A DNA stretch of 64,000 nt from the human T2T-CHM13v2.0 reference genome, Homo sapiens (GCF_009914755.1 NC_060927.1), one strand, 5' to 3'. Numbered from the stretch's first letter, positions 1 to 14,990 are shown. Notes: generated by a model not told the origin, from the sequence alone. Translations and numbers: made by a program.

Positions 1-69
1 GCAGCAGTTTTTCCTTCTGCCTAACTGCTTCTCCTGCTCTAGACCCACGTGGATTCCTAAGTATCCTTC

Positions 70-830
70 AACACCGTCGCTTCAACTCGCGCTGTCGTTA
101 TACTAGGAAGGCAGGCCTATGGTTCACTCTGCTAGTGGACACGTGGAGTGTGCAGAGCGGACAGGCAGCTCTCCGACTCTGAAGGAATCGAGGGCAAAAC
201 GGGACTCGTGAGAACAGACAGTTCCCCGTCGTGGGGCTGCCCGGGCTCACCTTCTGGTCTGAACTCGGCCCTGCCTGGCGGTACACCCCGGAGCCGTAGA
301 CGAAAGCCAGACTCAGCTCCTCGGGGAAGTGAGACAGGATCTTGCGGAAGGTCACCCACGAGCTCTGCAGCGTCTGCAGCGCCATGGGGTCGAGGCTAAC
401 AGGGGACACTCAGCGCAGCAGGGCGAGGACAACCGGGCGGGGAACAGACACCGGGTAGGCGGTTTAGGGTGGGAAATGGAAGTCGGAGACTGGATCGAGG
501 GACACAAGGCTGAGTGTGGGGTGGGACTGCAAGCACACGCAAGGATTGGGGCGTTGGGCCACGAAGAGCAGCGGCGAGAAGACGCAGCCCAGATAGGCTC
601 GGGTGGGCGGCGGTCGCACAGGCAGAGCTTCCGTCCCTTGCTACGCCCCACGCACGCACAGGCGCTTCCAAGACGCAAGAGGCGGTGCTCGCCTTAGTGT
701 GGGGAACGCGAGGCTTTGCATTGTCCCCTCGTGGTCGGAGGAGTGCCCTACAGGCTGGCGGCTAGGTTGCGACTTGGACAAATCGGCGGAGGCGAGCGTC
801 ACCCGACTCCGCGGGCCCTGAGCCTTGATA
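70..830. promoter_or_regulatory. CpG-island promoter / 5' UTR of TAMM41
   Basis: High GC and dense CpG compared with the CpG-depleted flanks; GC boxes near 433-442 and 601-610; surrounds the first exon. Confidence 0.85.
251..385 (-). CDS. TAMM41: TAMM41 (mitochondrial phosphatidate cytidylyltransferase) first coding exon, 45 codons; the gene continues beyond the left edge
   Basis: ATG at 385-383 gives MALQTLQSSWVTFRKILSHFPEELSLAFVYGSGVYRQAGPSSDQK, the recognised TAMM41 N-terminus with the YGSG nucleotidyltransferase motif. It ends at the canonical donor AAG|GTGAGC at 251/250. Confidence 0.97.
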
Positions 831-2212
831 GCCTCTGTACTTCTCTCTTCAAACTACGGTTTAAAGAATGACTATAAAATCGGGAGCGTATTGAAGGTTT
901 TTAAGTGAGGCGACACTCACATAATATGGAACTAGCCGTTCTGAAATGGACAGTGTAGTAGCATGTAGTGCCTTCACAATATTGTGCCCCCATCATCGCT
1001 CTAGTTCCAAAATTGCAGATTTCGAAGATTTGGAAAAACACAAAATTAAAATGATGCCCAATCCCGCCATGTAGAGAATACCACCGTCAAGATTTGACGG
1101 AGACTTCTTCACGCTAAAGCCCTTTTCAAATACAAGGGTGGATATGGGAGTGCACAGACGTTCTCTGATACTTGCATTTAATTTCAAGGGTGGATCACAG
1201 TTTTTGCCCCCTTGCCTTGTGGAATGGTCTCACAAAGGGTGCTTCAAATGCAGTTTCTGGAGGAAACAGGACCCTAGGAGTAGAAAAATCTTACAGCTCT
1301 CCTCTTTGTATAACTGGAGAAACTTGCTGAAGATTACCATTCAGGAGGTGGTTTGACTTCCAGGACAGAAACTTTTTCAACTACCCTCTCCTTCCTCCCC
1401 AAAATACACTACCTCTCAAAAATAATAGAAATAGTAATAGCTAACATTCAGGTAATGTTGACACATTTTCACATGCACTTCTCACTGAGCACCCTCTAGT
1501 GCCCTGTGGCAGGAGGGCCTTGGTTTTACTGATGGCCAAGCTAAGGCTTAGAGAGGTAAAGCCAGGTGATAGGATCACATCAGCCTGTGGCAAAACTAGA
1601 GCTAAACCCAGGTCTGGCTCCAACTCTGGGATTTTTTCGGAAATTCTGCTCTGTCCTTGAAGGGTTTTGAGCAAGGACTTATGTAATTCACATGTTAGCC
1701 TGAATTGTGGGGGACTGATTAGACAGTTGTTATCATAGTTCCCCCATGAACTGGAAACGGCTAGGCCAAGGTCTTAGGAGCAGGGATGGGATTAAATCAA
1801 TTGGAAAAATGATTACTTGCACTCACACTCTGGGCCTGCACTGAGATGAAGAGATCTGAGCTGCCTGCTGCCCTGCAGGAGCTAGGGGTCTGTAGAGGAG
1901 AGGAGACAGAACTGCAAATCAGAGTAGAATTTGGGTAATGCAGCCAGGTACCCAGCACAGTGCCGGAATGTAATGTCCCTCCAATGGGAACGTCAGTCAG
2001 TTCTGGGTGTTGGGGAAAGGGACCAGAAGAGGTTTCACAATGATGGCATTTTGAGCCAGGCCTGGAAGCTGGGTAGGAGTTTATCAGGTAGAAGATAGAT
2101 GGGAAAATTCAACCAAGAAAGAATTGAAAGGACTCGGTGACAATAATACTAATAATAGGTGTCATTATTAAGCACTTAGTATGCCCAGGCACTTTTTAGA
2201 CTTCTTTGGGGC

Positions 2213-2468
2213 TTTTCTGTTTTTGTTTTTTTTTTGAGACCGAGTCTTGCTCTGTTGCCCAGGCTGGAGTGCAGTGGCACGATCTCAGCTCACTGTGACC
2301 TCTGCCTCCTGGGTTCAAGCAAGCATGCCTGGCTAATTGTTGTATTTTTAGTAGAGATGGGGTTTCACTGTGTTGGCCAGGCTGGTCTCGAAATCCTGAC
2401 CTCTAGTGATTTGCCCACCTCAGCCTCCCAAAGTGCTGGAATTACAGGCGTGAGCCACTGCACCCAGG
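2213..2468 (-). mobile_element. Alu (AluS-like) with an internal deletion
   Basis: Poly(T) followed by gagacc...cccaggctggagtgcagtgg...cctcccaaagtgctgg; part of the right arm is missing after gttcaagc. Confidence 0.9.
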
Positions 2469-2529
2469 CTTTTTATACTTGTTTCTTTTCATCACTCCAG
2501 AGATCCTATGAGGCAGGTTCTCTAAGATG

Positions 2530-2665
2530 ATGATATTTTTCATACGAGGAAACAGAGGTCCTAAGAGGAGCAGTAAATGTTCCAAAGTCACACAGGAAAG
2601 TGGTGAAGTCGGGGTTTGAACCTAGGGCTACCTACCTCTAAAGGCCAAGGTCTTTACCACCATGT
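2530..2665. mobile_element. MIR remnant
   Basis: gaggaaacagagg...tccaaagtcacacag...ggggtttgaacctagg core motif. Confidence 0.6.
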
Positions 2666-3355
2666 TTAAGTGTCCTCTACAGCGGCTTGCAGGGTGAGAG
2701 AAGGAAATGGGAAGAAAGCAGGCACTCAGGCATCAGCCAAGAGTCAGGAGCAGCAGCAGTAGCCGCAGCAACAAGCAGGAGACCAGGGCAAGGGAGCGGA
2801 GAGAGGCCGTTTGTCTGCGGCCCCTGGTGTGGGCATGGTCACTTCCGTTCATTTTTACTACATATCGCCCTTGCCCAGGGTGCCGGAATCAGAGTGCACT
2901 CACCGTGGAATTACACTGAAGCCTCTCACCCAAAGACAGTGAATAAATCTCATTACCAGCCGGTTCCTTTTTTATTTCCTTCCTTCCCTTGGGGAAATAA
3001 TTCAACGTCATTGGATTTTTCCTGTTTGCAAAAGTAATCCATGTTCATAAAAATGTAAACATTATGAAATACATACATCATGCCCCAGAAATAGCCACGG
3101 TAATCTTTGGCACATATTCCTTCCAATATTTTTCTATGAATATATTAACATTAAAAACAATTTTAAGTGGATTCCTAGGATAGATACTATTTTGCAATTT
3201 GCTTTTTTTGCACTTAGCGTATCAGGGACAATGTTCTGTGTCAGAATATATAGATTTCCCTCATTCCATGTATTAGTAGCAAATTATTCTAAGATATGGA
3301 TATGCCATAATTTTGTTTAAAATTTTTTGTTTAAAAGAAAGTGTTTAAACATTTT

Positions 3356-3686
3356 CTTTCTCTTTCTTTCTTTCTTCTTTTCTTTTGTTTCTTTCTTTTT
3401 TTTTTTTTTTTTTTGAGAGCGAGTCTTGCTCTGTCACCCAGGCTGGAGTGCAGTGGCACAATCTAGGCTCCCTGCAACCTCCACCATCCGGGTTGAAGTG
3501 ATTCTCCTGCCTCAGCCTCCTGAGTAGCTGGGATTACAGGTGCCCGCCACCACATCTGGCTAAGTTTTGTATTTTTCGTAGAGACAGGGGTTTCACTATG
3601 TTGGCCAGGCTGGTCTCGAACTCCTGACCTCAAGTGATCCACCCGCCTCGGCCTCCCAAAGTGCTGGGGTTACAGGCATCCTGGCC
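3356..3686 (-). mobile_element. Alu (AluS) with 14-bp TSD
   Basis: Full dimer; TGTTTAAACATTTT occurs at 3342-3355 and 3687-3700. Confidence 0.93.
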
Positions 3687-4668
3687 TGTTTAAACATTTT
3701 ATTGTTGATGGATGTAGGTTATTTCTAGTTTTCACACCTGCAAACAATGCTATCATGAGCATCCTTGTACATTTTATGTGCATGAACAAGTATTGCTATA
3801 AGACAGATTCCTAGAAGGGGAATTGCTGGGTCAGAGTGTCAGCACGCTGCTAAATTCCCCTCCAAAAGATGGTGCCAATTCACACACCCACCAGCAGAGT
3901 TCAGCCCTTGATAGAAATAAAGATGCTGCAATGTTTCTCCATTTGTCTCCCTTACAGGCGTTCACACCCAATTATCAGCAATTTTCATGTTCACAAACAC
4001 TTTTCTTCCTGCAATGCAAAACCACCAGCTGGAAGGTTCCATCACATTCCTGTGTGCATTTTGCCTTTCCCCAGAAAGAGGCAGAAGCAACGTAGCCACG
4101 AACACATTTGTATTCTTCAGCAGAAATCTCCCTGCTCCTGGCCCTTCATCCACCCACTCTCTTTTAAATTACCATGGCTTGTGAAATTAGAGGCTATTAG
4201 GAAGACCCAGTGTTCTATATAATCGCTTTAGGGTTCTGTTGGAAAGCTTATACCAATGAAATAAACATGTTAGAGAGCCACTTACAAATATAGATAAATG
4301 CCTGGTGACTCGAGTGAATATTGGGCCTCATTCTTCTGATTTATCTAGCAGTTGTCTTTGTATTCCTTAATAATGACCTTGTCAGGCTTTCACTAGGAGA
4401 AGGTTCATCGAATCCATGTAATCCATTTTTTTTAAAGCCCTGTAAAAAAACATCTATGGCTTTAATGCTTTTTTTTTTTTTTTCTAATCAGTGTTTAAGT
4501 ACAGGAGAGAAAAATGTTTGGGGAAGAATAAAAATCCAGGCTCAGTGGTTCTTACAATTAGCCACATGTTCAATTGGTCTGCTGATGGAGGGGAAGGAGA
4601 GGGGTCTTGATCTCCATCTTGTCAGAGGTGGGTCACCCTGTCCCATTTGTCCATTCTCGGCTGATTGA

Positions 4669-5057
<389 letters not shown>

Positions 5058-5094
5058 AACTGAGAGCATCTTAATACATCTTTAGTGTCTGATC

Positions 5095-5560
5095 AGGGGC
5101 TTGAAGGTACCACCTGGGTTGGAATCCAGGCCCCAGGATTTAATAGCTGTGTGACCTTGGACAAGAAGACTTAGCCTCTCTGTGCTTTCCTTTCCTCATC
5201 TGCAGCCTGGGGAGAGTAATGACACCTCACTCACAGGGTTGTTGTGACAGCAAATGAAACAGTATCTAGAAAGTACATAGAATAGTGCCTGGAGTAAGCT
5301 TTCAATAAACGGAGGACATCCTCCTGAATTCTTAAGAGACAATGTACAAAAGGAATTAAGAAGCATAATTATACCTACATCTTTATGGCGTTTAGCATTT
5401 TACACAAAGCACTTTGCAGACATGATTTTATTTAGCTCTTAAAACAAATCCTGGGAAATTAGTAGCTACTATTTCAGTTTTACAGATGGATAAACTGAAG
5501 CTTAGAAAAAAGAATTGATGTGCCTGAAGTCACAGGGCTAATGGCAGCTGCTAATACAGC
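5095..5560. mobile_element. Two MIR remnants
   Basis: gctgtgtgaccttggacaag...ttcctcatctg near 5150-5200, and ttttacagatggataaactgaag...gtcacag near 5480-5535. Confidence 0.6.
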
Positions 5561-6259
5561 CTCCAAGTCCAATCCCTTTCCTCTTGCACGAGAAAAATAA
5601 CACGGGGTGTTCATTTCACCAAGGGACCCATTCATTCATTGATTCATTCTCCCATTGAAACCTTCCTCATCCTTTAGTCCCAGCTCAGCTATCAAAGTGT
5701 TCTGTTCTCTGTGCCTTCCTAACCCTTTGCTTTTAGCTCTCTAGCTCTTGTCTTAAATATCAGATATGTCCATCAAGTACAATTATAAAAGGCTTAGGGG
5801 CCCTTTGAGGTCAGGAACCATATCTTATTAATCTTTCTGTCCTTTAGTGCCTAGTACAGTGCCTGAAACAAAATTTCTGCATTTGCAAATGTTATAGTCT
5901 GGTGGCAAAAAATTCACATGCATGCAAAAAAAAATACACTATGGAGAGTATAAACCAGATCTATACCACCGCAATGGTAAGACAGCAGGGGTTACTTTTT
6001 CTTCAGGGTTTCTGGGAAAGCTTCTTAGAGGGATGACATTTGGATTAGACCTTGGAAGATGACCAGCAGTTCACCAGAGAGTACACCGTGAAAAAATTCT
6101 AAGAAGAAAGAATTGCCTCCATACTGGGTCTTAGAATCCTCCTTCTAGGGGGACACTGAGTTTTCCAGTGGAGTTCAGGAAGACCATGGACTTTTACAGT
6201 ACCAAAGAAATGAATAAATAATGGTGGAATTCCAAAGAACAGAGCAGGTATCTCATCTG

Positions 6260-6425
6260 AGAGGCAGAATGTGGAATCTGGATTGAGACTGCTTGGTTTC
6301 AATTCTCAGCCACTGATGATCTGTGTGACCTGGTGCAAGTTGGCTCTGTGTCTCAGTTTCCACAAGTATAAAATGGGGATAATAAGAGCGTCTACCTCCC
6401 AGAGTTGTCATGACAACTAAGCTGG
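6260..6425. mobile_element. MIR remnant
   Basis: ctgtgtgacctgg...tctcagtttccacaagtataaaatggggataata...ctacctcccagagttg. Confidence 0.65.
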
Positions 6426-7245
6426 TTAGATCAATCTCTGACATGTAGTGAGTACTACGTATGTGTTTACCCTTCTGATTCTCCACTATCCCTGAAATTC
6501 AAGCTGGTCAGCAGCTGCCCACTTTATCTCTCTGTAGAACTGGCCCTGAATTTTGGGAGAAACTGAATTGGCAAAGAACTGAGTTAGAAGAGAAAGAATT
6601 AGTTACCATATACCAAGTCTGTCTCTGGCATGAACCCCTGCGATCTGGGTTTGGTGTAAAGCAGCTTGTCCCAAGGAGGGTTATTTGATAAAAAATTCTA
6701 TCAGCTAAGTTTGGGAAATTCTGGATTAAACAGAGGCAAATCGAGATCTTTGATGTGGGATTCCTCCGAGCATTAATATATTAATAAGCATTGTGAATCT
6801 CCAAGAGAGAAGCAGAACATGTAGCATTTTCCAATCTCCCAGACTAGGTTTTCCTCCATCCTCTGCTCCCTCCACCTTCTCTCTCAGTGTCTTCTGGGAT
6901 TCATATTCTGTGGCATAAATTTAGGAAGCGCTGGTGCCAAGCACTCCCTTGCTGTCCCAGAATCATCTCAGTGTCCCAAACCAATCAAGACTAATTTTCA
7001 CGGACCTCTTTTGCCTGAAGGCACCAGGGGATCCTATAGCCTAAGAGAGAGATTGGGGAATTTCTCAACACATGAATTACGGTTATAACTTGTGGGTGTA
7101 AAAAGCCAAGAATTTCTACGCTTTGGACTCTGAGGATGTCTTTGTTCAGACCCAGAACTGACAAAACTCTAGGTACAATCTTCCTAGACTTACTTCCTAC
7201 AAAGCGTTTAGAATGACACTTTCCAAACCTCCAGGGTAACCCTTT

Positions 7246-7654
7246 TGTGAAGTCCTAATTAGAGAAAAGGAGTTAGGCTGGTGAGAGCACGGGAAAGCAA
7301 AGAAAGAAAGAAAGCAGATAAGCTATGAGTCTGCCTTTCTTTGTGGTCCAGGACACGTAGCCCTCCTGTGCCCAACTTATCACTAGACACCTGTACAGCT
7401 CGCTGTAACCTTGGCGTTATCAATACTGCACAAAGCTCTTTTCAGTACACAGCAAAGAACCATCCTATAAAATCTCCAGCAAGCCTTTGTTTCCTTGCAG
7501 TCAGCTTCTCTCTTGCTGATTCTGCCTGTTGCTCCTTTGCAATGTACTTTCATACTTTCTCTACTAAATCTGCCTTTCTTTACCTACAACTGTCTTGGTA
7601 AAGCCTTCTTACCCCCACGCCACCAGCTCAGATAGTTGCCACTTACCAATGACA
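7246..7654 (+). mobile_element. Solo LTR, ERVL class (LTR47A-like)
   Basis: TG...CA termini with perfect 5-bp TSD CCTTT (7241-7245 and 7655-7659); TATA-like cctataaaa near 7464-7472; 5' end resembles LTR47A as recalled. Confidence 0.8.
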
Positions 7655-7796
7655 CCTTTCACCTGGGTAAATTCCTCTCTTTTTGGGGTCCCAAAATATC
7701 TTGAGCTTCCTGGGCCTGTTAGGAAGTGATATTCTTTACTTACCACAGGTCAGGAATCTTGTAAAGAAACTATGTAGACAAGGTACCAGGCAATCT

Positions 7797-8096
7797 TTTG
7801 TTTGTTTGTTTGTTTTGAGACAGGGCCTCCCTCTGTAACACAGGCTGAGTGCAGTGGTAATCATAGCTCACTGCAGCCTTGAACTCCTAGGCTCAAGCAT
7901 TCCTCTGCCTCAATCTCTCAAGTAGGTAGGACTAAACATGTATGCCACCACTCCTGGCTTTTATTTATTTTTTTTTGGTAGAGACAAGGTCTTGCCACGT
8001 TGCCCAGGCTGGTCTTGAACACCTGGCCTCAAGTGATCCTACGGCTTCGGCCTTTCAAAGTGCTGGGATTATGGGGGTGAGCTGCCATGCCTAGCC
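7797..8096 (-). mobile_element. Alu (AluJ)
   Basis: catagctcactgcagccttgaactcctaggctcaag, an AluJ-type pattern. Confidence 0.88.
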
Positions 8097-8972
8097 TAGG
8101 CCAATCTCTTCAAGGGGCTTTTTATTAGCACTGTAAAGTCGATGTCAATTCCTCAACATAGTCTGGTCATATCTGAAAATAGGTCATTCCAGTCAAAGCC
8201 TTGGTAACATAACCAGTTTCTCTAATTGTGTCATGTTACAAAAGAAAACAGATTCTTACTGAACTTATGTAAATAACTATATTGTCATAAATTAAGAATA
8301 CTCACAAATAGTTTCTAAATTCCAAATAAACCAGGTAAAGAGAAAGATATCTGTTTTAAATTTTGCTGACAAAAGTATACTTTACCCAATTTGTTATAAG
8401 CTACGAATAGCTGAAACAAAAAAGTTTTTTGACTCTGAAAACAAAACATTAAAAGGACTGGCAATGTTTTTTAAAAAAGAGGCTGTGAAAAAATCAGTTT
8501 AGTCTTTTATTAGTTTAGTTCAATGTAATTAACCTTGTTCTGCTTGATGTTGAGTTAGCTATCTTCATAAACACATCAGCCTTTTAGTTAGAGTCCTAGA
8601 AGTTCTTTCCTAGTCTAATGGTATGATAGCTAAAGTTATCAGAAACCTGTATTTAAAAGTCTGTGGCAGAGCCTTTTCTATGATTTTTTTTAAAAGAAGC
8701 AGATTTTGGGCTGTAGCTGATCATAAACCACTTTTTGAGAATAACCAAAGTAAAACAGTAATTGTCTGTGGTTAGGAAAGGCAATATTCATGGTTAAAGA
8801 CACAATTGTCAAGGAAATTTGATTGTTTTTGTGGCATACTGCAATTAAGCATAATAATCAGAATTATTCCTGATGACAAATACTAAGACATATCAGAATT
8901 TAAGGAATCTTACACAATTTTGGAACATATATTAATAGCACACGTATGTAAATATAACCCAGAGAAAGTTAA

Positions 8973-9278
<306 letters not shown>

Positions 9279-9410
9279 AGCATTTCTTATTTGATAATGT
9301 TTTTTGTCTGATTTTAACATACGAAATGAGCTTAATATGTCTCTCTTGGACTTCCAGGGACCCTAATATCCAAAAAGTTAGTTTGAGGTCAAAAAGACCA
9401 AATTTAGAAT

Positions 9411-9897
9411 TCACTGCTGCAAGGGAGGTGGGGCTGGAGATTATGCTCTAATAAAACTCTTGAACAACAGATTTGATTAGCTTCTAGGTTGGCGAACACA
9501 TCAAGGTGCTGGAAGGGTGGTGTGCCAGGTCAGGGCATGTAAGCCTCACCTTCCTTTCTCATACTTTGCACTGTGTACCTCTTCATCTTGCTGGTAAGTG
9601 TTGTTTCCTTGAGTTCTGTGAGCTGTTATTGCAAAATATTAAGCTGGAGGAGAGGGTCATGGGAACCCTTGATTTGTAGCCAAATTAGACAGAAGAGTGG
9701 ATAACCTGGAGACCCACTGTTTGCAATTGGCATCTAAAGTTGGGGAGGTGCAGTTTTGTGAGACTGAGCCCTTAACCTGAGGGGTCTGTGCTAACTCCAA
9801 GTAGTAAGCATCAGAATTGAAATAAATTGTAGAATATTCAGCTGGTGTCTGCGGAATTGGAGAATTGTTGGTTGGCATTGGAAAACACCCTAGACAC
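9411..9897 (+). mobile_element. MER21-like LTR fragment
   Basis: ggggctggag...aataaaactcttgaacaa...cagaattgaaataaattgtagaa...cagctggtgtctg, typical MER21 3' part. Confidence 0.65.
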
Positions 9898-10428
9898 CTG
9901 TCTGTTAGTAGCTTCTATTTATGAAACACCAAAGTCCTATGAGAGAAGTACCGTTATTATAATATTATTTTTGCTTTTAAATTATGTAGCAAAATAGACT
10001 TTCTGTTGATGTATATAGTTCTGTGAATTTTAATACATGTAGATTCATGTGAATACCACTATAATCAGGGTATAAAACAATTCCTTCACCCCCCTTCCCC
10101 AAAACCTCCCTGTGTTATCCTTTTGTAGTCCTGTCCTCCCTCCCATGCCCCAACTCCAGGCAACCATTGATCTTGTCACTATAGTTTTGTCCTTTGTGGA
10201 ATATCATAGAATATGTAACCTTTTGAGTCTGGCTTTTGTCATTCAACATAATGCTTTTGAGATTCATTTAAGTTGCTACATGCATCAATAGTTTATACAT
10301 TTTTATTGCTGCATAGTATTCCATTGTATTGCTGTACCAGTTTGCCTATCTGTTCACTTGCTAAAGGACATTTGGGTTGTTTCCAATTTTTGGTGGTTAT
10401 GAATAGGGTCGCTATAAACATTCGTGGA

Positions 10429-11068
10429 TTTTGTTTGTTTGTTTTGTGTTTTGTTTTTTGAGATAGAGTCTTGCTCTGTTGCCCAGGCTGGAGTGCAGTT
10501 CAGCTCACTGCAACCTCGGCCTCCCGGATTCAAGCAATTCTCCTGCCTCAGCCTCCTGAGTAGAGTACCTGGGACTACAGGTGTGTGCCACCACGCCCAG
10601 CTAATTTTTGTATTTTTTTTTTTTTTTTTTTTTTTAGTAGAGATGGGGGATGGGGTTTCACCATGTTAGCCAGGCTGGTCTCAAACTCCTGACCTCAAGT
10701 GATCCGGCTACCTCGGCCTCCCAAAGTGTTGAGATTACAGACATGAGTCACCGTGCCTGGCTGAATGGTTTTTATTTTTTATTTTTTTTCTGATACAGAG
10801 TCTTGTTCTGTCACCCAGGCTGGAGTGTAGTTGCACAATCTTAGCTCTCTGCAACCTCCACCTCCCAGGTTCAAGCGATTCTCTTGCCTCAGCCTCCTGA
10901 GTAGCTGGGATTACAGGCACGCACCACACCCAGCTAATTTTTGTATTTTTAGTAGAGATGGGGTTTCACCATGTTGGTCAGGCTGGTCTCGAACTCCTGA
11001 CCTCATGATCCACCCGCTTCAGCCTCCCAAAGTGCTGGGATTACAGGCATGAGCCACTGTGCCTGGCC
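10429..11068 (-). mobile_element. Two tandem Alus (about 10429-10761 and 10768-11068)
   Basis: Two consecutive full dimers, each preceded by a T-rich tail. Confidence 0.9.
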
Positions 11069-12169
11069 ACTAAATGATTTTTTAATAAACATAAGATTTC
11101 ATTTCTCCAGGGTAAATATCTAGGATTTGGGTGCGGGACCATTTGGCACATACTTAATTTTATGAGAAACCAACAAACTGCTTTCTGGCATGGCTGACCT
11201 TTTTGCATTTCCAGCAGCAGTAGCTGAGCATTCTAGTTGCCCTGCAGCCTCCCCAGTATTTGCCTTTGTCAGTTATTTTAGCCATTCTAATAGGTGTGCA
11301 GTGGAATCTCACAGTGGCTTTAACTTGCATTCCTTAATAGTTGCTAATGTTGAACATCTTTTTCATGTGCTTATTCGCTATCTGTATATTCACCTTGGTG
11401 AAGTGTCTGTTCACATTTTTTGCTCATTTTGTTGTTGCCAGTCAGGATTGTTTGTTTTCTTGATGTTGAGTTTTGAGAGTTTTTTATTCTTGATACCAAT
11501 TCTTTGGCAGATATGTTGTTTACAAATACTTTCTCCCACTCTGTAGCCAATCTTTTCATTCTCTTGACAATGTCTGTCACAGAGCAAACATGCGTTTTTA
11601 ATTTTCAATAGGTCCAATTTATCAACAGGAGATAAATTTTCCTGCTATGATCATGCTTTTGGTGTCATCTCTATGCACTCTCTGCCCAACTGTAGATCAC
11701 AAAAGTTTTTCTCCCATATGTTCTTCTTAAAACTTCATAATTTTACGTTTTGCAAACTAACCTATGATCCATTTTGAATTAATTTTGTATAGGCTGTGTA
11801 GTTTAGGTTGTAGTATAAGTTGTGTAGTTTAGGTTGAGGCTCATTTTTTTTTTGCAAATGGATAATTTTTCCAGCACCATTTATTGAAAAGTTTATCATT
11901 CTCCATTGAATTGCCTTCATACCTTTGTGAGAAATCAATTGGTCTTATGTTGTGTGGGTGTGTTTCTGGACTCTCTATTCTGTTCCATTGATTTATATTT
12001 CTGTCCCCCAACCAGTACTACACCATCTAGATTAATAGAGATTTATAATATCTTAAAATTGAGTAGTCTTAAAATTGGTGTTCCTTCTATTTTATTCTTT
12101 TTCAAAATTATTTTGTATTCATGTTCCTTTGCCTTTCCCATATTTCATTTTATTTTAATGATGTTATAA

Positions 12170-12313
12170 TTTTTTTATGCATTTTATTTTTTTAGAGATG
12201 AGGTCTTGCTCTGTTGCTTAGGCTGGAATGCAGAGGTGTGATCGTAGCTCACAGCAATCTCGAACTCCAGGGCTCAAGTGATCCTCTTGCTTCAGCCTCC
12301 CTTCGCCCCCGCC
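12170..12313 (-). mobile_element. Alu monomer (FLAM/AluJ fragment)
   Basis: gagatgaggtcttgctctg...gggctcaagtgatcctcttgcttcagcctccc, then truncated. Confidence 0.75.
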
Positions 12314-12795
12314 TTTTTTTTTTTTTTTTAAGGAATCAGCTTGTATATATTATCAATAATCCCTCTGAGATTTTTACTGGAATAATGTTAAATCTATACA
12401 TAAATATGAAGAGAATTGACTTCTTTACTATGTTGGGCCTTCTAATCCATAAAGATGGTATATCAGTCTCTCCATCTATTTAGATTTCTTTTGAAGTTGC
12501 TTTCTTTTAACACTTTAAATCCCTCACTCCACTTTCTTCTTGTTTGCCTAATTTCTGACAAGATATCAGCTATAATTTTATCCTTGTTCCTCTATAGTTA
12601 GGCATTCTCCCACCCACTCCCCAGCTTCTTTCAAGAGTTTTCTGTCATTGGATTGTTGTCTGTCATTAGTTTTGGAAGATTCTCAGCCATTATTATAATA
12701 CTTCAAATATTTCTTCTTCATCTCTTTTTCTTCCTCTCTCTTTATTCTTCTAGAATTTTAATTGTTTTACTTCGCTGATGTATTTCTTCTTCACG

Positions 12796-12800
12796 CATAC

Positions 12801-12841
<41 letters not shown>
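12796..12841 (+). repeat. (CA)n microsatellite
   Basis: About 22 CA units with two early interruptions. Confidence 0.95.
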
Positions 12842-12845
<4 letters not shown>

Positions 12846-13161
12846 AAAATCTAAGCCAGATATAAAAGACTGTATAACTCATAATAATTTTCTAAATAAA
12901 TTTTTTTAATTTACAAAAATAGAAACAAAAATTTTTAAGACATATGATTCTATTTACATGACATTTTAGAAAAGTCCATTACATGACTATAAAGGGACAG
13001 ATGGCAGCTTTTTGGTTTGCCAGAAATGGTGGTTACATAACTGTATAAATTTGCCAAAACTTATTGAAAGACATACTTGTAAATAATACATTTTATTGTA
13101 TATAAATTATGTCGATAAACTTAATGTTTTCAAAATATCAGTTATTGAAATGATGTGCACA

Positions 13162-13600
<439 letters not shown>

Positions 13601-13880
13601 TTAATACTTACAACTACAAATAATGGTACTATTATGACACTTACATCTGGTATTGTATAGTGTTTCAAATTACATATATGTATGTGAGTATGTATGTGTT
13701 TATATATTTTCTTAGCCATTCAGATAGATCCCAGACAGACTGCAGTGCACGTTTATTAGCCATCTTATACATGAGGTTGTCATTTGCTCCAGGGTACATG
13801 GCTACTAAGCAGAAGCTCAGATCTTGTAAGTTCTTTTCTGGTAGGTAGAAGAGTAACTTTTTCCACTCTGCTACTTGTAG

Positions 13881-14006
<126 letters not shown>

Positions 14007-14224
14007 TGATTATCAAGGAGGAAATGAGTGGCAATTAGTGACAGATGTATAACTAAGGTAGATTGAAATAAAAATCTCAAAAGTCATTCAAGGGGAAATG
14101 ATAGCTGATGGTTGCCATATGGACACATTGGCTCTTAGATGAGATAACAGGGCATGCTGAATAAGGTGAAATGTGTTTTGCTGATGTGTCATAATATTTT
14201 TGTGACTCTCTCCTGTTTTTTCAG

Positions 14225-14260
14225 GCAATTGAAAACACTGCCTCAGTGTCTGAACACGAG
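14225..14260 (+). pseudogene. FANCD2P2: FANCD2-like exon 14
   Basis: 36 nt, AIENTASVSEHE, AG/GT intact. Confidence 0.92.
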
Positions 14261-14781
14261 GTAATGTTCATGTACTATGCATTTTCAGTATTGCAGACTT
14301 AAAAGTAATGACATTGGCTAGCTTGCCTTCCCACTTTCTTTCTTTCTCCTCCCTCCAGTCACTCTTCTCTCTCTTCCCTAGTTGCTCTAATAAACATTAG
14401 CTGTCTGGGGAAGATAATCTGAGGTGGCGACTGGCCAGATAGCCTGCCCCTACTCACTCTGGCTGTAAAATAAGCCTACAGTATCCACAAGGGGAAATAC
14501 TAACAGTGTAAACAAGCACATCAAGGTGCAGTCAAAGAAGCCAGGTCCCCACCGATGAGATGAAGAAAATAACCACCTAAGTCTCAGGTCCCTATATCTG
14601 CCTAATTGCCCTTCCTTCCACCCAGCACCACTGTCAAGATAATGGCATTCCATGTTTTACTTTACTTTGCTCATGTAGACCTGACTGGAGTAAATCAGTC
14701 TGTCCACCGTCAAGGCAGTGGTACTGGATCTTATGTCCCTATTAATTCTAGAAATACCTTCCATCAAAAAGCCAGATGATT

Positions 14782-14990
14782 GGCCTGGCGTGGTGGCTCA
14801 CGCCTATAATCCCAGCACTTTGGAGGCTGAGGCAGGCGGATCATCTGAGGTCAGGAGTTTGAGACCAGCCTGGCCAATGTAGCAAAACCCCGTCTCTACT
14901 AAAAATACAAAAAATAATTAGCCTGGCCTGGTGGCACACGCCACTGCACTCCAGCCTGGGTGACAGTGCAAGACTCCATCTCAAAAGATA
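14782..14990 (+). mobile_element. Alu with right-arm deletion and 15-bp TSD
   Basis: AAAAGCCAGATGATT at 14767-14781 and 14991-15005; ggcacacg joins directly to ccactgcactcc. Confidence 0.9.

Larger units (their letters stand above)
9985..12760 (-). mobile_element. Old L1M (L1MC/L1ME-type) fragment interrupted by Alus
   Basis: Minus-strand ORF remnants (MKRLATEWEKVFVNNISAKELVSRI; EWEKVF motif of the L1 ORF2 C-terminus) and L1M 3' UTR motifs. Confidence 0.75.

Noticed and set aside
98-409. 103-aa ORF as the full TAMM41 exon
   Set aside because: It starts at a GTG upstream of the real ATG (385) and reads through the splice donor at 251 into the intron.
132-821. Several overlapping 70-120 aa ORFs in the CpG island
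   Set aside because: Expected in stop-poor GC-rich DNA; no recognisable homology.
6660-6840. AT palindrome ATTAATATATTAAT and surrounding sequence as a regulatory element
   Set aside because: Looks like part of an old hAT-type MER remnant that I cannot name confidently; short AT palindromes are common.
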